Origin: Candidatus Thorarchaeota archaeon | GTDB lineage: Archaea; Asgardarchaeota; Thorarchaeia; Thorarchaeales; Thorarchaeaceae | Length of the DNA: 64,000 nt | Reading direction: 5' to 3' | NCBI GenBank assembly: GCA_003345555.1 | Contig: PRDJ01000039.1 | Location: 13,530-77,529 of the forward strand | Shown: piece by piece, positions 1 to 9,509 of the stretch | How positions within the stretch are numbered: position 1 is the stretch's first letter | Layout of the letters: each line of letters opens with the position of its first letter | The notes under the pieces: model-generated | What the model was told of the DNA's origin: nothing | The model's database searches: none | The model's input: only the letters and a program-made list of their open reading frames with translations | Made by a program: the position numbers and the translations under genes

Positions 1-1
1 C

Positions 2-793
2 GCCGTCATGTCCGGAGCACTCGCTGCTGTCAAACTGCATATCCCTCTTGCTCATGTCGAGGCAGGACTCAGAAGTTATGATAAGAGAATGCCCGAGGAG
101 TATAACCGAAGACTAACAGATCATGCATCTGATTACCTATTCGCACCCACTGAACGCTCTGCTGATATCCTTAGGCAGGAGCATGTCATGGGAGAGATCT
201 TTGTCACTGGCAACACAGTGATAGACGCTCTCGAGACCATTCTGCCAAGAGCTAGGAAAAGGAAAATCCCTGTCGCCGGTCTGAAGGCGGGAAGCTTTGC
301 TCTCATGACTCTGCACCGGGCGGAAAACGTGGACGACAAGGCTACTCTTGAGGGTCTTGTAGATGGGCTCATTTCTCTCGACACCAAAATAGTATTCCCA
401 GCTCATCCACGGACTGTGGCCCGTCTGAATGAGTTTGGTCTGATGAGCTTGCTTCGGAGTGGTGGATCCATAGAGGTAATCGAGCCCCTCGGCTATCTCG
501 ATTTCCTTCGGCTCATGGACATGTGTTCTTACGTAATAACTGATTCAGGTGGGATTCAAGAAGAGGTAACGGCTCCATCTCTTAACAAGAGAGTCTTCGT
601 GCTGCGAGTGACCACTGAGCGACCTGAGGCTGTCGAGTCTGGCCATGCAGTAGTCGTTGGTGTGGACCCTACGAGATTTCCCGCCATGATTCGGGATGGA
701 GTCGATTCGGGCCTTCACCCATCCAGACCCTGCCCTTACGGCTCAGGAGACGCTGCCAAGAGAATCATGGACATTCTGATTGACAGGTTGTAG
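2..793 (+). CDS. wecB: UDP-N-acetylglucosamine 2-epimerase (non-hydrolysing, WecB-like), C-terminal ~260 aa; 5' end cut by window edge
   Basis: ORF 8..793 stays open back to the window start. HVEAGLRS matches the conserved HVEAGLRT motif of WecB-type epimerases; HRAENVD is a second family motif. Confidence 0.8.
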   Translation, partial: AVMSGALAAVKLHIPLAHVEAGLRSYDKRMPEEYNRRLTDHASDYLFAPTERSADILRQEHVMGEIFVTGNTVIDALETILPRARKRKIPVAGLKAGSFALMTLHRAENVDDKATLEGLVDGLISLDTKIVFPAHPRTVARLNEFGLMSLLRSGGSIEVIEPLGYLDFLRLMDMCSYVITDSGGIQEEVTAPSLNKRVFVLRVTTERPEAVESGHAVVVGVDPTRFPAMIRDGVDSGLHPSRPCPYGSGDAAKRIMDILIDRL

Positions 794-971
794 CGCCTTT
801 ACGAGCGATTGGCCTGTGTTCAAGCGCCTGAGTGACAAGAAAACACATTCTTCATGGCTGAAAAACCGCCAAAGAAGAGGCAAGAACGCCTTCTGAGCAC
901 CGTCTTCAGATAACGTTTAAAAGGCACGTGCAGGCCATTCTACCTTACCATTAATAGTGGAGCTAAGTGCA

Positions 972-1143
972 AATGAGCTTTGTAGTAAAGAGCAAGGTTC
1001 AGGAATTCGCAAAGAGCAAGGATCTACAAGTCAGCTCAGAGTTCTACGCTGCCCTCGACGCAAAGGTTCGTGACGTGCTTGAGCACGCAGCGAAGAGGAC
1101 CGCAGGCAACAAGCGCAAGACCCTCAAGGATTACGATTTGTAA
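972..1143 (+). CDS. mini histone-fold-like protein (57 aa), missing from ORF track (below 60 aa cut-off)
   Basis: ATG at 972, TAA at 1141-1143. Translation MSFVVKSKVQEFAKSKDLQVSSEFYAALDAKVRDVLEHAAKRTAGNKRKTLKDYDL aligns along its length with the HMf histone fold (..AERVSDDARITLAKILEEMGRDIASEAIKLARHAGRKTIKAEDIEL), including the (K/R)RKT(I/L)..D loop2-helix3 signature. Confidence 0.4.
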
Positions 1144-1268
1144 ACCAGGTGGTCGACGGGAGGGGAGGCAAGCTTAGGCTGCTTCCCGCCTCCCTTTTCC
1201 TTTTTCATCCGCTATTCTTATGAACCGTGTGGGGTCACGTCGGAGTCAGCAAGGCTTGGGAGAACCGA

Positions 1269-2060
1269 TTGTTGCATAAGATATGCTTGACGAACGACGA
1301 TGGTCCAGCGAGTCCCGGGCTGTTGAGTCTTGCAGAGCATCTGAAAGATACCGCAGACCTGATTGTTGTCGTGCCCGACGGGCAAAGAAGCGCCTCCGGG
1401 AAGGGACAGACGCTGAATCGTCCGCTAAGAGTGACTCATGATGCCAACGCTATTGGCTACAGAATGATTACCCACGATGGTCTGCCTGCCGACTCCGTGG
1501 TCATGGCTCAGCACTTCGCTAAGAATCTCGATCTCTTCGTGTCGGGCATAAACGCCGGTGCAAATGCGGGATATCAAAGCATTCTCACAAGTGGCACAGT
1601 GGGAGCAGCAATCGAAGCCGCTCTGAGGGGTTATCCGGCTGTCGCGATATCCATGGAGGTCTCCTCCGACAATTGGTTCTCGCAATCTGGAAAGGACACG
1701 GATTTTCATGTGATTTGTGAGATGGCAACACGCATCATCAATCGGATTCTTGAAACGGGCATGCCAAGAAACACAAGTGTACTGAACCTGAACTTTCCGC
1801 GCGAAATCACCGACAGGACGCGGGTAGTCGTGACAAGACCAGCGAAAGCTCGGTTGAAGGACGAAATCGAACGTAGGATTGACCCGAATGGTAGTCCCTA
1901 CTACTGGGTTCGCGGTGTCGAAATCACTCCCCCAAAGGACACGGACGTTTATGAGGTCTTGACAAGAGGCAACATTTCTCTCTCTCCGATTACCATCGAG
2001 GGCGTGACCGACGCCGAGCTCGACGCTGTGAGGGACTTCGTAAGGTCTCTATCTTTGTGA
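1269..2060 (+). CDS. surE: 5'/3'-nucleotidase SurE
   Basis: ICLTNDDGPASPGL matches the SurE N-terminal (I/L)LxTNDDG motif. The ORF-track ATG at 1227 adds about 14 aa in front of the motif; TTG at 1269 or 1272 is the more likely start. Confidence 0.8.
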   Translation: MLHKICLTNDDGPASPGLLSLAEHLKDTADLIVVVPDGQRSASGKGQTLNRPLRVTHDANAIGYRMITHDGLPADSVVMAQHFAKNLDLFVSGINAGANAGYQSILTSGTVGAAIEAALRGYPAVAISMEVSSDNWFSQSGKDTDFHVICEMATRIINRILETGMPRNTSVLNLNFPREITDRTRVVVTRPAKARLKDEIERRIDPNGSPYYWVRGVEITPPKDTDVYEVLTRGNISLSPITIEGVTDAELDAVRDFVRSLSL

Positions 2061-3048
2061 GGGCGCCCCATAGTGCGTCTGTGATAGGTCGGGGAAGAGT
2101 GCTTCTGCTTTTTCCCGATACGACCTCGCGCTTGCTCCGATCTTGGACTATGGTGCCTATGACTCTTGCCTCGATCCCATCTTTCTTGATTCTTCCGATG
2201 ACTTCGTCAGCATGATTTGCATTGCAGGTCACAATCATACATCCGCTACTGATGAGTTCGAGCGGGTTTATGTCGAGTTCGCGGCAGATCGATGCCGTTG
2301 AAGGATGAATGGGCACAGCATCGAGGTCCATCTCAAATCCAACATCGCTTGCATCACATACCTCATGTACGCCCCCAGCAAGACCTCCTTCCGTGGGATC
2401 GTGCATTGCAGTCACATAACCGGTCTTGAAGGCGGCCAGGCCTTCTCTGACTACGCTGATTTCATTTCGGAGGCGGCGTGCCTCACCAAGCATGGGCTGG
2501 CCGATTGCACCAGAGAGAACTTCTGCCCCTTCTGCCGCGAGGATAGCTGTCCCTTCAAGGCCTACGGTCTTAGTAATGATGATTGAGTCGCCGGGTTGTG
2601 CGCCAGAAGAGGTCACGTATTGTCCTTCACGCGTGATTCCCAGCATGAACCCTGCTACTATCGGCCTATCTGTGCCTCCGGTTACCTCCGTATGTCCCCC
2701 CGCTACTGCTATTCCCAGCGACTTAGAAGCATCATCAATCTGTTCCATGATTGGGCCAATGTCCACTTCGGCGCTGCCGCTTGGCAGCATTATCGATGCA
2801 AAGAACCATCTCGGAGCAACTCCAAAGGTTGCTATGTCGTTGGCATTAACATGGACCGAGAGCCAACCAACGTCCTCAATAGAGCCAGTTATTGGATCCG
2901 TGGAGGCAACGAGGATACTCTCTCCAATTCTGATTAGTGCGGCATCTCGACCAGTGCCGGGGCCGAGCACCAAGTCGGGGTCCTTCCTGCCCAATCTTGT
3001 AAAAACAAGACTCTCTAGCACATCCGTGGGGAGTTTTCCGTGAAGCAC
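1990..3048 (-). CDS. AIR synthase-related (PurM/HypE/ThiL superfamily) protein
   Basis: N-terminus KLPTDVLESLVF...GPGTGRDAALIRIGESILVASTDPITG and GGHTEVTGG fit the PurM-like N- and C-domain pattern. The Arg-rich last ~25 aa read through the antisense of the surE 3' end. Confidence 0.65.
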   Translation of the reverse strand: MLHGKLPTDVLESLVFTRLGRKDPDLVLGPGTGRDAALIRIGESILVASTDPITGSIEDVGWLSVHVNANDIATFGVAPRWFFASIMLPSGSAEVDIGPIMEQIDDASKSLGIAVAGGHTEVTGGTDRPIVAGFMLGITREGQYVTSSGAQPGDSIIITKTVGLEGTAILAAEGAEVLSGAIGQPMLGEARRLRNEISVVREGLAAFKTGYVTAMHDPTEGGLAGGVHEVCDASDVGFEMDLDAVPIHPSTASICRELDINPLELISSGCMIVTCNANHADEVIGRIKKDGIEARVIGTIVQDRSKREVVSGKSRSTLPRPITDALWGALTKIETLRSPSQRRARRRSRPRW

Positions 3049-3243
3049 AATGGACAGCTCCTTTCTTTCAACAGGGGGCGCATCAGTCCTGTACCATGAT
3101 GCATGAAAAGCTGATTCATCGAAAACCCGCTAGGGGCTCTCCTCACTCACTATGACATCAGGCTGCTCTCGGACTGCATGCGCCCATTGAAGGAATCTGT
3201 CTTATGTTAAAAAACAATCGAGTCATCGCCGCTTGCGTTGGCA

Positions 3244-4674
3244 CTACTTGGCTACGTACGTTTCGGCTCTTCTCAGGTTCTGCGTGTTGTGCCTGTTCTG
3301 AGGTTGAGTTCCCTTTAGCATGAAACCTAGAGCTGAACGCTGCGCGAGAATCTCGCCTGAAAGGAACGCCTTACCACCACTTGCTCTTGCCACAAGAAAG
3401 GCACCAAACGATTTTCGGAACTCAGGAATACTGATGACAGTCTCTATGGAATCCTGAAAGCCTTCCTTTTTAGCCCTCAGCAACACTGCCAGTTCCATTG
3501 CATCGTGGTACGGCCTCTTGAGGAGCTTCGACCACTTTGACTGTTCGGCGTCAACGTTTACTGCTGCCAATCGCACTCTCTGAGTTCTAAGCAATCTCGC
3601 GGCCCTTACGATATCGTGTACCGGAGAATAAGTGACATCCTCATGGTGTAAGGACGCGACCAATGGTATGTTGGGTGAGAAGTCCGAGACCATGATGATG
3701 AGAGACTCACCATTGCCTGCTCTAATGCGTTCTCGTCGTACTGTCTCCAAAGCCTTTGCCAGTCCGTCTGCCAGTGGTGTGAGACCAGAGATTCTGAGGC
3801 AAGCGAGAGCTCTGAATATCCTGTTCCAGTTTGAGGTCGGTGTCTGAACTTGGACTGCGCCGCTGTCCTTGAAGGCGACTATTCCAATCCTATCTTTCGA
3901 ACCTCTCGTTTCCTGTTCGATTTTCTCCACGAGCCTGCGCACTTCATTCATGCTGCCTTTCATTGACAGACTTGCATCAATGACAAGAATGATTGTAAGG
4001 GGAGCTCTTTGAGACAGAACCTTCTCTCGCAAATCCTCATCGCATATCTTCAGTCTCTCATGTCCTCTCGTCTTGCCCGTTCTGAGCGCGGCGGCAACAA
4101 TGGTAGATCTAATGCTTGGCGTGGACACTTCACCATGAGGCATTCTTGCACGAACGAATCTGCCTGTTTGCCTGCTTTCCGACGCCTTGAGCGAACCCAT
4201 GGCTCTAGAACTCACTCGCTTTCGGCACCAATTGCCTGATGACACGCTTGAACGCATCATCCCATGGGAGTGAAGCCGTTCTGGGTCGAAGAGGTTCTCG
4301 CCACTGGCTATGTCTGGGGGTTTCATGAAAAAACTCATATCGAGTCCGGTTGGACTGCTTCTGATGTCTGACTTGGGACCGGTGATCTTTGGAGGCACCG
4401 TTGGTGTGTACGGGTGTGTTGCTTCTCCCCACTCGTCGCCTTGATCCGGCGTCGCGCCTTGGGGCTCCACAACGTCAATTCCTGCCGCTGGTCCGCTCTC
4501 TCGTCTCATCATTCCCCTCAGCCAAGCACGAACGAGATAGTAGGCGCATGGGATGTACACGATGGTGTCTAGTGCCAGTACAAAGGGGCTCGGAAATGTG
4601 GCAGGGTTCAGGCCGTATATGAGGTTAATGGGACTGAAGAATATCCAGGCAAAATAAGTGAAGCCCACCACCAT
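3244..4674 (-). CDS. membrane-anchored von Willebrand factor A (VWA) domain protein, ChlD/BchD-like
   Basis: Two N-terminal hydrophobic helices, then a linker, then LTIILVIDASLSMKGS...IGIVAFKDSGAVQVQTPTSN...GLTPLADGL, a VWA MIDAS-type (DxSxS) pattern. It sits adjacent to and co-oriented with a ChlI-like ATPase. Confidence 0.7.
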   Translation of the reverse strand: MVVGFTYFAWIFFSPINLIYGLNPATFPSPFVLALDTIVYIPCAYYLVRAWLRGMMRRESGPAAGIDVVEPQGATPDQGDEWGEATHPYTPTVPPKITGPKSDIRSSPTGLDMSFFMKPPDIASGENLFDPERLHSHGMMRSSVSSGNWCRKRVSSRAMGSLKASESRQTGRFVRARMPHGEVSTPSIRSTIVAAALRTGKTRGHERLKICDEDLREKVLSQRAPLTIILVIDASLSMKGSMNEVRRLVEKIEQETRGSKDRIGIVAFKDSGAVQVQTPTSNWNRIFRALACLRISGLTPLADGLAKALETVRRERIRAGNGESLIIMVSDFSPNIPLVASLHHEDVTYSPVHDIVRAARLLRTQRVRLAAVNVDAEQSKWSKLLKRPYHDAMELAVLLRAKKEGFQDSIETVISIPEFRKSFGAFLVARASGGKAFLSGEILAQRSALGFMLKGTQPQNRHNTQNLRRAETYVAK

Positions 4675-4721
4675 TATGACCGCACAAATGGTTCCCCTTA
4701 TTGGGTCACCACGGGGTCTCC

Positions 4722-5915
4722 TTATCCCTTGTTTAGCTTTTTTTTTACGTCTGTTGCCCCGGCTTCTGCCGTTCTCTGCTGGCGGCCGAACACTCCTCCT
4801 GTGCGTCGTTCAGTCTGCTTCTCTGGCGTAGGAGGAACCTCTGTAGGCGATTGTCGACGATCTCGCTTTCGGACGACTTCCTCAGCCTTGACAATCGCAG
4901 TATCAATTTCATCCGCCGAAGGAGGCTCCAGCAATCCACCTCTCCTTGTTCGGTGGCTCAGTGCCAGCTGCGCAGCAAGCTTCATGTCCTCGAGAGTCAC
5001 TTCCTTGCGACCCTCCAATGCAGCGTTAGCTAAGGCTGTCTTGCTGATGATGATGTCCGGTCTTACGCCATCAACTTCGAGTGCATCACATGCCATGGCT
5101 ATAGCTCTCAGCCTCGACTCGGGAAGCACAACATCTTGGAGTATCTCCTTCGCATGAACGACTTTCCGCTTCAAACTGGATTGACGTTCTGACCATTCAT
5201 CCTTGAATTGCTTTGGATTTCTTTCGAAGGCCAGATTCCGTTTGACGAGCTCCATTCGATCCTCGACGCTCAAACCGCCGCCAACGGCAACGTGAAGTGG
5301 AAACCTATCTAACAGCTGGGGTCTCAGTTCTCCTTCTTCCGGGTTCATGGTTCCCACCAGAACGAAGTCAGACGGATGGACGAATGATATGCCCTCTCTC
5401 TCAATCACATTGACTTTGGTTGCTGCCGCGTCAAGCAAGTCATCAACCAAGTGGTCTGGCAAAAGGTTCACTTCGTCGACGTAGAGGATATTCTGGTTTG
5501 CTTCGGCCAAGATTCCGGGCCTGAGTGCTTGAACGCCCTCCTTCAATACACGCTCTATGTCAAGAGATCCGATAAGTCGGTCTTCAGTTGTCGAAAGTGG
5601 AAGATTGACTACGCGCATCTTCCGCCGCAGCAATCTGAGTTCCTGTCCCTCCTCATGCCGTCCCCGACAATCCGGACAAAGTGAATCGCCCGCCGGATCG
5701 CATCCGAAGACACAACCCTCCACAATGGTGACTTCCGGCAGGAGGTCTGCAAGCGCCCTGACCGCAGTTGTCTTGCCAGTTCCTTTCGGGCCTGATATCA
5801 GGACGCCGCCGATTCTCGGGCTCACACCATTGAGAATGAGAGCAAGCTTCAGCTTCTCTAATCCAACGAGGGCGGCGAATGGCATCACAGACCGTTCAAG
5901 TTCGGTCAAGGACAC
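4722..5915 (-). CDS. Mg-chelatase subunit ChlI/BchI-like AAA+ ATPase
   Basis: [50 protein letters not shown] plus the Cys-rich insert CVFGCDP...CPDCRG, characteristic of the ChlI/BchI family. Lys-rich C-terminal tail. Confidence 0.85.
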   Translation of the reverse strand: MSLTELERSVMPFAALVGLEKLKLALILNGVSPRIGGVLISGPKGTGKTTAVRALADLLPEVTIVEGCVFGCDPAGDSLCPDCRGRHEEGQELRLLRRKMRVVNLPLSTTEDRLIGSLDIERVLKEGVQALRPGILAEANQNILYVDEVNLLPDHLVDDLLDAAATKVNVIEREGISFVHPSDFVLVGTMNPEEGELRPQLLDRFPLHVAVGGGLSVEDRMELVKRNLAFERNPKQFKDEWSERQSSLKRKVVHAKEILQDVVLPESRLRAIAMACDALEVDGVRPDIIISKTALANAALEGRKEVTLEDMKLAAQLALSHRTRRGGLLEPPSADEIDTAIVKAEEVVRKRDRRQSPTEVPPTPEKQTERRTGGVFGRQQRTAEAGATDVKKKLNKG

Positions 5916-5996
5916 ACCAACTCAGATCTCAACAACGATTCCTTGGTGATAGTGACCTTTAAGCCTGAGTGTCCGTGTAACCTCGAATGATAGGCC

Positions 5997-7184
5997 TTGA
6001 GCTCGAAAATCGTGATCCTGCAATGCCCTGCATGTGGACATGAATTCTCAGTTGATAGAATCGTTGGATACTGTGCATGCGGTTCTCCTTTGCTGGCCAA
6101 GTACGATACCGATAGCGTGAGAGAGATCGTGTCCTCGCGGAAGTTTCCTTCGTCTGTGAGTTCGATGTGGCGCTACGCGGAGCTGCTTCCTGTCAGGTCA
6201 TGGTCCTCAGTGGTGAGCCTAGGTGAAGGGTGGACACCTATGCTCAGCTCTCGTGGTCTTGCTAGGAACTTGGGAATGCAGAGAGTCTTCATCAAAGATG
6301 AGTCGCGTAATCCAACATTCTCGTTCAAAGATCGAGGGCTCTGTGTTGCCATATCGAAGCACATAGAGCTAGGCGCAGTGTCCTTCGCGCTGCCTTCCGC
6401 GGGCAACGCAGCAGTAAGCATGTGCGCATACTGTGCCGCGGCAGGTGTTCGCGCGCACGTCTTCATGCCTGCTGATACGCCTCCGGTTTTCTTCCGAGAG
6501 TGTGAAATGTATGGCGCAGAGACAATGCGAGTTCCGGGCACGATTGCGGACTGTGGAACAAGAATGAAGAAACTTGCAGGTGATTGGGTCGATTTGTCTA
6601 CAACCAGAGAGCCATACAGGGTTGAAGGCAAGAAGACTATCGGCTTTGAGATTTCCGAGCAGCTGGGATGGAATGCTCCTGATGCAGTTATTTGTCCAAC
6701 TGGCGGCGGAACAGCAATCGTCGGGATTTGGAAAGCATTCAACGAACTCGAGGAAATTGGCTTGGCGGGGAACAAGCGGCCCCGTTTGTACGCGATTCAG
6801 ACTGAGGGCTGTGCCCCGGTTGTGCGCGCAATTGAGAATGGTCAAGACGACATCGAACTGTGGCAGGAGTGTAGAACAAGGGCGTTGGGTCTAAGGGTTC
6901 CAAAGCCCTTTGCAGGGCAACTTATCCTACGAGCAATTCGTGAGTCTGGCGGTAGTGCCTTGAGTGTGTCCGAGTCTGCCATTGACTCAATGCGGGACGC
7001 CGTGGCACGTGCAGAAGGGCTGAATGTCTGCCCAGAGACCGCGGTCGCGTGCTTGGGCCTCAAACGATTGATTGAGCTCGGTAAAGTGCAGACCGATGAG
7101 AACGTAGTCGTCTTGAACACGGGTGCAGGATACCGTTACTCTACATCGATATCGGTCAATGGACGAAATCCAGTATACCTCTGA
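5997..7184 (+). CDS. thrC: threonine synthase (archaeal type with N-terminal Cys4 ribbon)
   Basis: N-terminal CPACG...CACG ribbon as in archaeal ThrC; PLP-lysine motif FSFKDRG; 395 aa PLP fold-type II length. Confidence 0.85.
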   Translation: MSSKIVILQCPACGHEFSVDRIVGYCACGSPLLAKYDTDSVREIVSSRKFPSSVSSMWRYAELLPVRSWSSVVSLGEGWTPMLSSRGLARNLGMQRVFIKDESRNPTFSFKDRGLCVAISKHIELGAVSFALPSAGNAAVSMCAYCAAAGVRAHVFMPADTPPVFFRECEMYGAETMRVPGTIADCGTRMKKLAGDWVDLSTTREPYRVEGKKTIGFEISEQLGWNAPDAVICPTGGGTAIVGIWKAFNELEEIGLAGNKRPRLYAIQTEGCAPVVRAIENGQDDIELWQECRTRALGLRVPKPFAGQLILRAIRESGGSALSVSESAIDSMRDAVARAEGLNVCPETAVACLGLKRLIELGKVQTDENVVVLNTGAGYRYSTSISVNGRNPVYL

Positions 7185-7788
7185 GATCATCATCGCGAAC
7201 CACAGCTTGAGCGGCGTCTGCGACTTCCTGCCTCTCCGGCCTGAATGCTATGGACAGGCCAACTCGTCGAAACACACTGATGTCATTTAGACCATCTCCA
7301 ACAAAAGCAGTCTCCTTGAGAGACACTGCAAAGTGGTCTGCGACTTGTTTGATATGCCGTACTTTCCGGCCCCACTCCACGAGCACCTCCACCTCGCCGG
7401 TCAGCATGCCATTTGTGTGACGAAGCTTGTTCGTCATGACGTAATCTATTCCTACGCGTGCTGCGACGTCGTCGGCGAGGAGATCCACACCTCCGGACAA
7501 AATGGCCACATTGATACCCATTTTCTTGAGAGCACTGACGGTTTCCTTGGCGCCGGGTACCAGCTCGGTTGTTCGGACTATCTCCATGACCCGACTCAGA
7601 GACTTGCCTTTCCACAAGCTTGCATCGGAGTTGGCCCACTGTCGGTATGTAATCTCTCCCGCGAAATACTTGTCAAAGAAGACCCTTCCTTCCTCTTGAG
7701 TACCGAACACCTCATGAAGTCGCCACCATATACTCGTGTGACGCGTCAACGTACCGTCAACGTCGAAAACGACCAGCTTTATTGTCAT
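7156..7788 (-). CDS. HAD-superfamily hydrolase, phosphoserine phosphatase-like (HAD-IB)
   Basis: N-terminal LVVFDVDGTLT (the DxDGT HAD motif I), ~210 aa; convergent with and overlapping the thrC 3' end. Confidence 0.65.
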   Translation of the reverse strand: MTIKLVVFDVDGTLTRHTSIWWRLHEVFGTQEEGRVFFDKYFAGEITYRQWANSDASLWKGKSLSRVMEIVRTTELVPGAKETVSALKKMGINVAILSGGVDLLADDVAARVGIDYVMTNKLRHTNGMLTGEVEVLVEWGRKVRHIKQVADHFAVSLKETAFVGDGLNDISVFRRVGLSIAFRPERQEVADAAQAVVRDDDLRGILDFVH

Positions 7789-7828
7789 CTAAGCACCTGC
7801 AAAGTCATCAAAGGGCAATATGGCCCGA

Positions 7829-8497
7829 CTACTTCTCTGCCTCTCGCTCTTTCTCCTCACGTGCCTCTCGTTCGAGATCTGCCAGAAGGTCGTCAATCCT
7901 TTTCTCTTCGGTGCGAGGTTTGCGGCCAGATTCTTTCTGCTTCTGCTTAGCGAGCGGCGGCAAGACCTTCTCCTTTTCCAGCATGATTTCTGCCTCCATG
8001 GCCTCTAGCTCCTGATTGATTCTCTTTTCCATCTCGACTGTGGTTCCACTCGTGGAGAGGTCTTCAGAGAGCAGTTCGCCTGCCTCAGATATTTGTTCGA
8101 ACGATTGTGTGAGTTTATCCAGCTGCATCTGTATCTCAACCGGGCTGAGCATGGCCTGCGCTTTTGAGAGTGCATCATTCGCTATCTTGAACGCTCCCAA
8201 GACATCAGTCTGGTCTTTTGCCTCCTCGATGTTCATGAGCGCTGTCTCAAGCGTGAGGAATTGCTGACGATATCTGGCCCTGCGGTTGTCCAAATCAAGC
8301 ATGATTGACAGGTGCGACCGGGCCAACGACTTTTCACCCCCGGCCATAGCCTCTTTCGCAGATTTTCGCTCTTCCTGCATTCGCGTTTCGAGCCTGCGAG
8401 TCCTAAGGGTCAGGGCATTCATGGTTCCTTTGATTTCGAGGATTCCTCGTTCGGTGTCCACTTTTTTCTTGCCGCTCAGAAAGCCCATTGCGTGCAC
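7829..8497 (-). CDS. ESCRT-III family protein (Snf7/CHMP/Vps2-like)
   Basis: MGFLSGKKK basic N-terminus, ~220 aa all-helical. Aligns along its length with CHMP2/Vps2 (LRTRRLETRMQEERKSAKEAMAGGE..ARSHLSIMLDLDNRRARYRQQF..ALMNIEEAKDQTDVLGAFKIANDALSKAQAMLSPVEIQMQLDKLTQSFE). Acidic C-terminal helix RIDDLLADLERE resembles a MIM. Confidence 0.75.
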   Translation of the reverse strand: MHAMGFLSGKKKVDTERGILEIKGTMNALTLRTRRLETRMQEERKSAKEAMAGGEKSLARSHLSIMLDLDNRRARYRQQFLTLETALMNIEEAKDQTDVLGAFKIANDALSKAQAMLSPVEIQMQLDKLTQSFEQISEAGELLSEDLSTSGTTVEMEKRINQELEAMEAEIMLEKEKVLPPLAKQKQKESGRKPRTEEKRIDDLLADLEREAREEKEREAEK

Positions 8498-8604
8498 CGT
8501 TCCTATCGTAACCAGCTGAGGTCCTCAGCTGACACATTTAAACGATTGCACATCCGCCCTTCGTCGAAAGAATCGTACCTGATTCGGAGAACAGAGGTCT
8601 CAGC

Positions 8605-9420
8605 ATGACAATAGCCAAAATCCTGAAAGCTGCCTTGGAATATTCAAGAAAGGCAGTACTTGAGAACTTGCAGCGCGCGGCTGAGTCTACAGATAGTCTC
8701 AACCCTTTCGGCGACGTGACTCTTGCGGCAGACATATTGGCAGAAGATGAAATAATCAGAGTATTGCATGAGTCGGGATTAGGCTTTAACATCTTGACCG
8801 AAGAAAGAGGATTGATAGAGGCAGAAAGCCTGCCCGAGTTCTTGGCTGTCGTTGATCCTCTTGATGGCTCGGCAAACTTCGAACGAGGACTCCCCTTGTG
8901 TTGTGGAGGAATATCCGTCATACCATTCTCCGATCAGATGACCACTGATCGAATTGAGACCAGTGTAATCAGTTCGTATTTCACCAAGGACGTCTACGTT
9001 GCGGTCACTGGGAAAGGAGTGAGGCGAAACGGGAAGTCTGTCAGTGTGGCTAGTCCAAAACATGTTGAAGAGTCAGTCGTGTCTTACGATACAAAGGCGT
9101 CTTGGCTGGGAGACTTCGCATCAGGTTCGCTCCGTGTGTTGGGGCACGTGAAGGACATGCGGAGAGCAGGTAGCAATCTGCTCGACCTCTGTTGGACGGC
9201 TTGTGGCGTTCTTGATGCAATGGTTGACCTTAGGGATATTCTTCCCATCGTCCATGTGTCAGGTACACATATAGTCTGTGAAGCCGGTGGGTTTGTGATC
9301 GCTGCAAATGGCAGTCGTTTGTTGCTACCACTACGCATCGATTGCAGAATGAGCTTTGTTGCCGCGTCAACGAAGGAGTTGGCTCGAGAGATACTTCGTC
9401 TGTTTCAGGGTGGTCGGTGA
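8605..9420 (+). CDS. inositol monophosphatase / fructose-1,6-bisphosphatase family protein (SuhB-like)
   Basis: Metal-binding motif VVDPLDGSANF (the IMPase DPxDGTxNF) and ~270 aa length. Confidence 0.75.
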   Translation: MTIAKILKAALEYSRKAVLENLQRAAESTDSLNPFGDVTLAADILAEDEIIRVLHESGLGFNILTEERGLIEAESLPEFLAVVDPLDGSANFERGLPLCCGGISVIPFSDQMTTDRIETSVISSYFTKDVYVAVTGKGVRRNGKSVSVASPKHVEESVVSYDTKASWLGDFASGSLRVLGHVKDMRRAGSNLLDLCWTACGVLDAMVDLRDILPIVHVSGTHIVCEAGGFVIAANGSRLLLPLRIDCRMSFVAASTKELAREILRLFQGGR

Positions 9421-9509
9421 TGTACCTGCGCCTGCTGGGTGTCAGTATTATCGCGCTACTAAGCCTGATGAAGTCCTTGCTCAGTCCGAACTCGTCTTGC
9501 CGAATGGGC

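Noticed and set aside
6173-7120. Several 90-200-aa ORFs on the minus strand inside thrC (for example 6173..6775, 6369..6845)
   Set aside because: They are antisense or alternate-frame ORFs within a well-supported PLP-enzyme gene. They have Arg/Ser/Cys-rich junk composition and are a typical GC-rich shadow-ORF artefact. The same reasoning applies to the shadow ORFs inside the GDH, AOR, BCAT, surface-protein and DapA-Fae genes.
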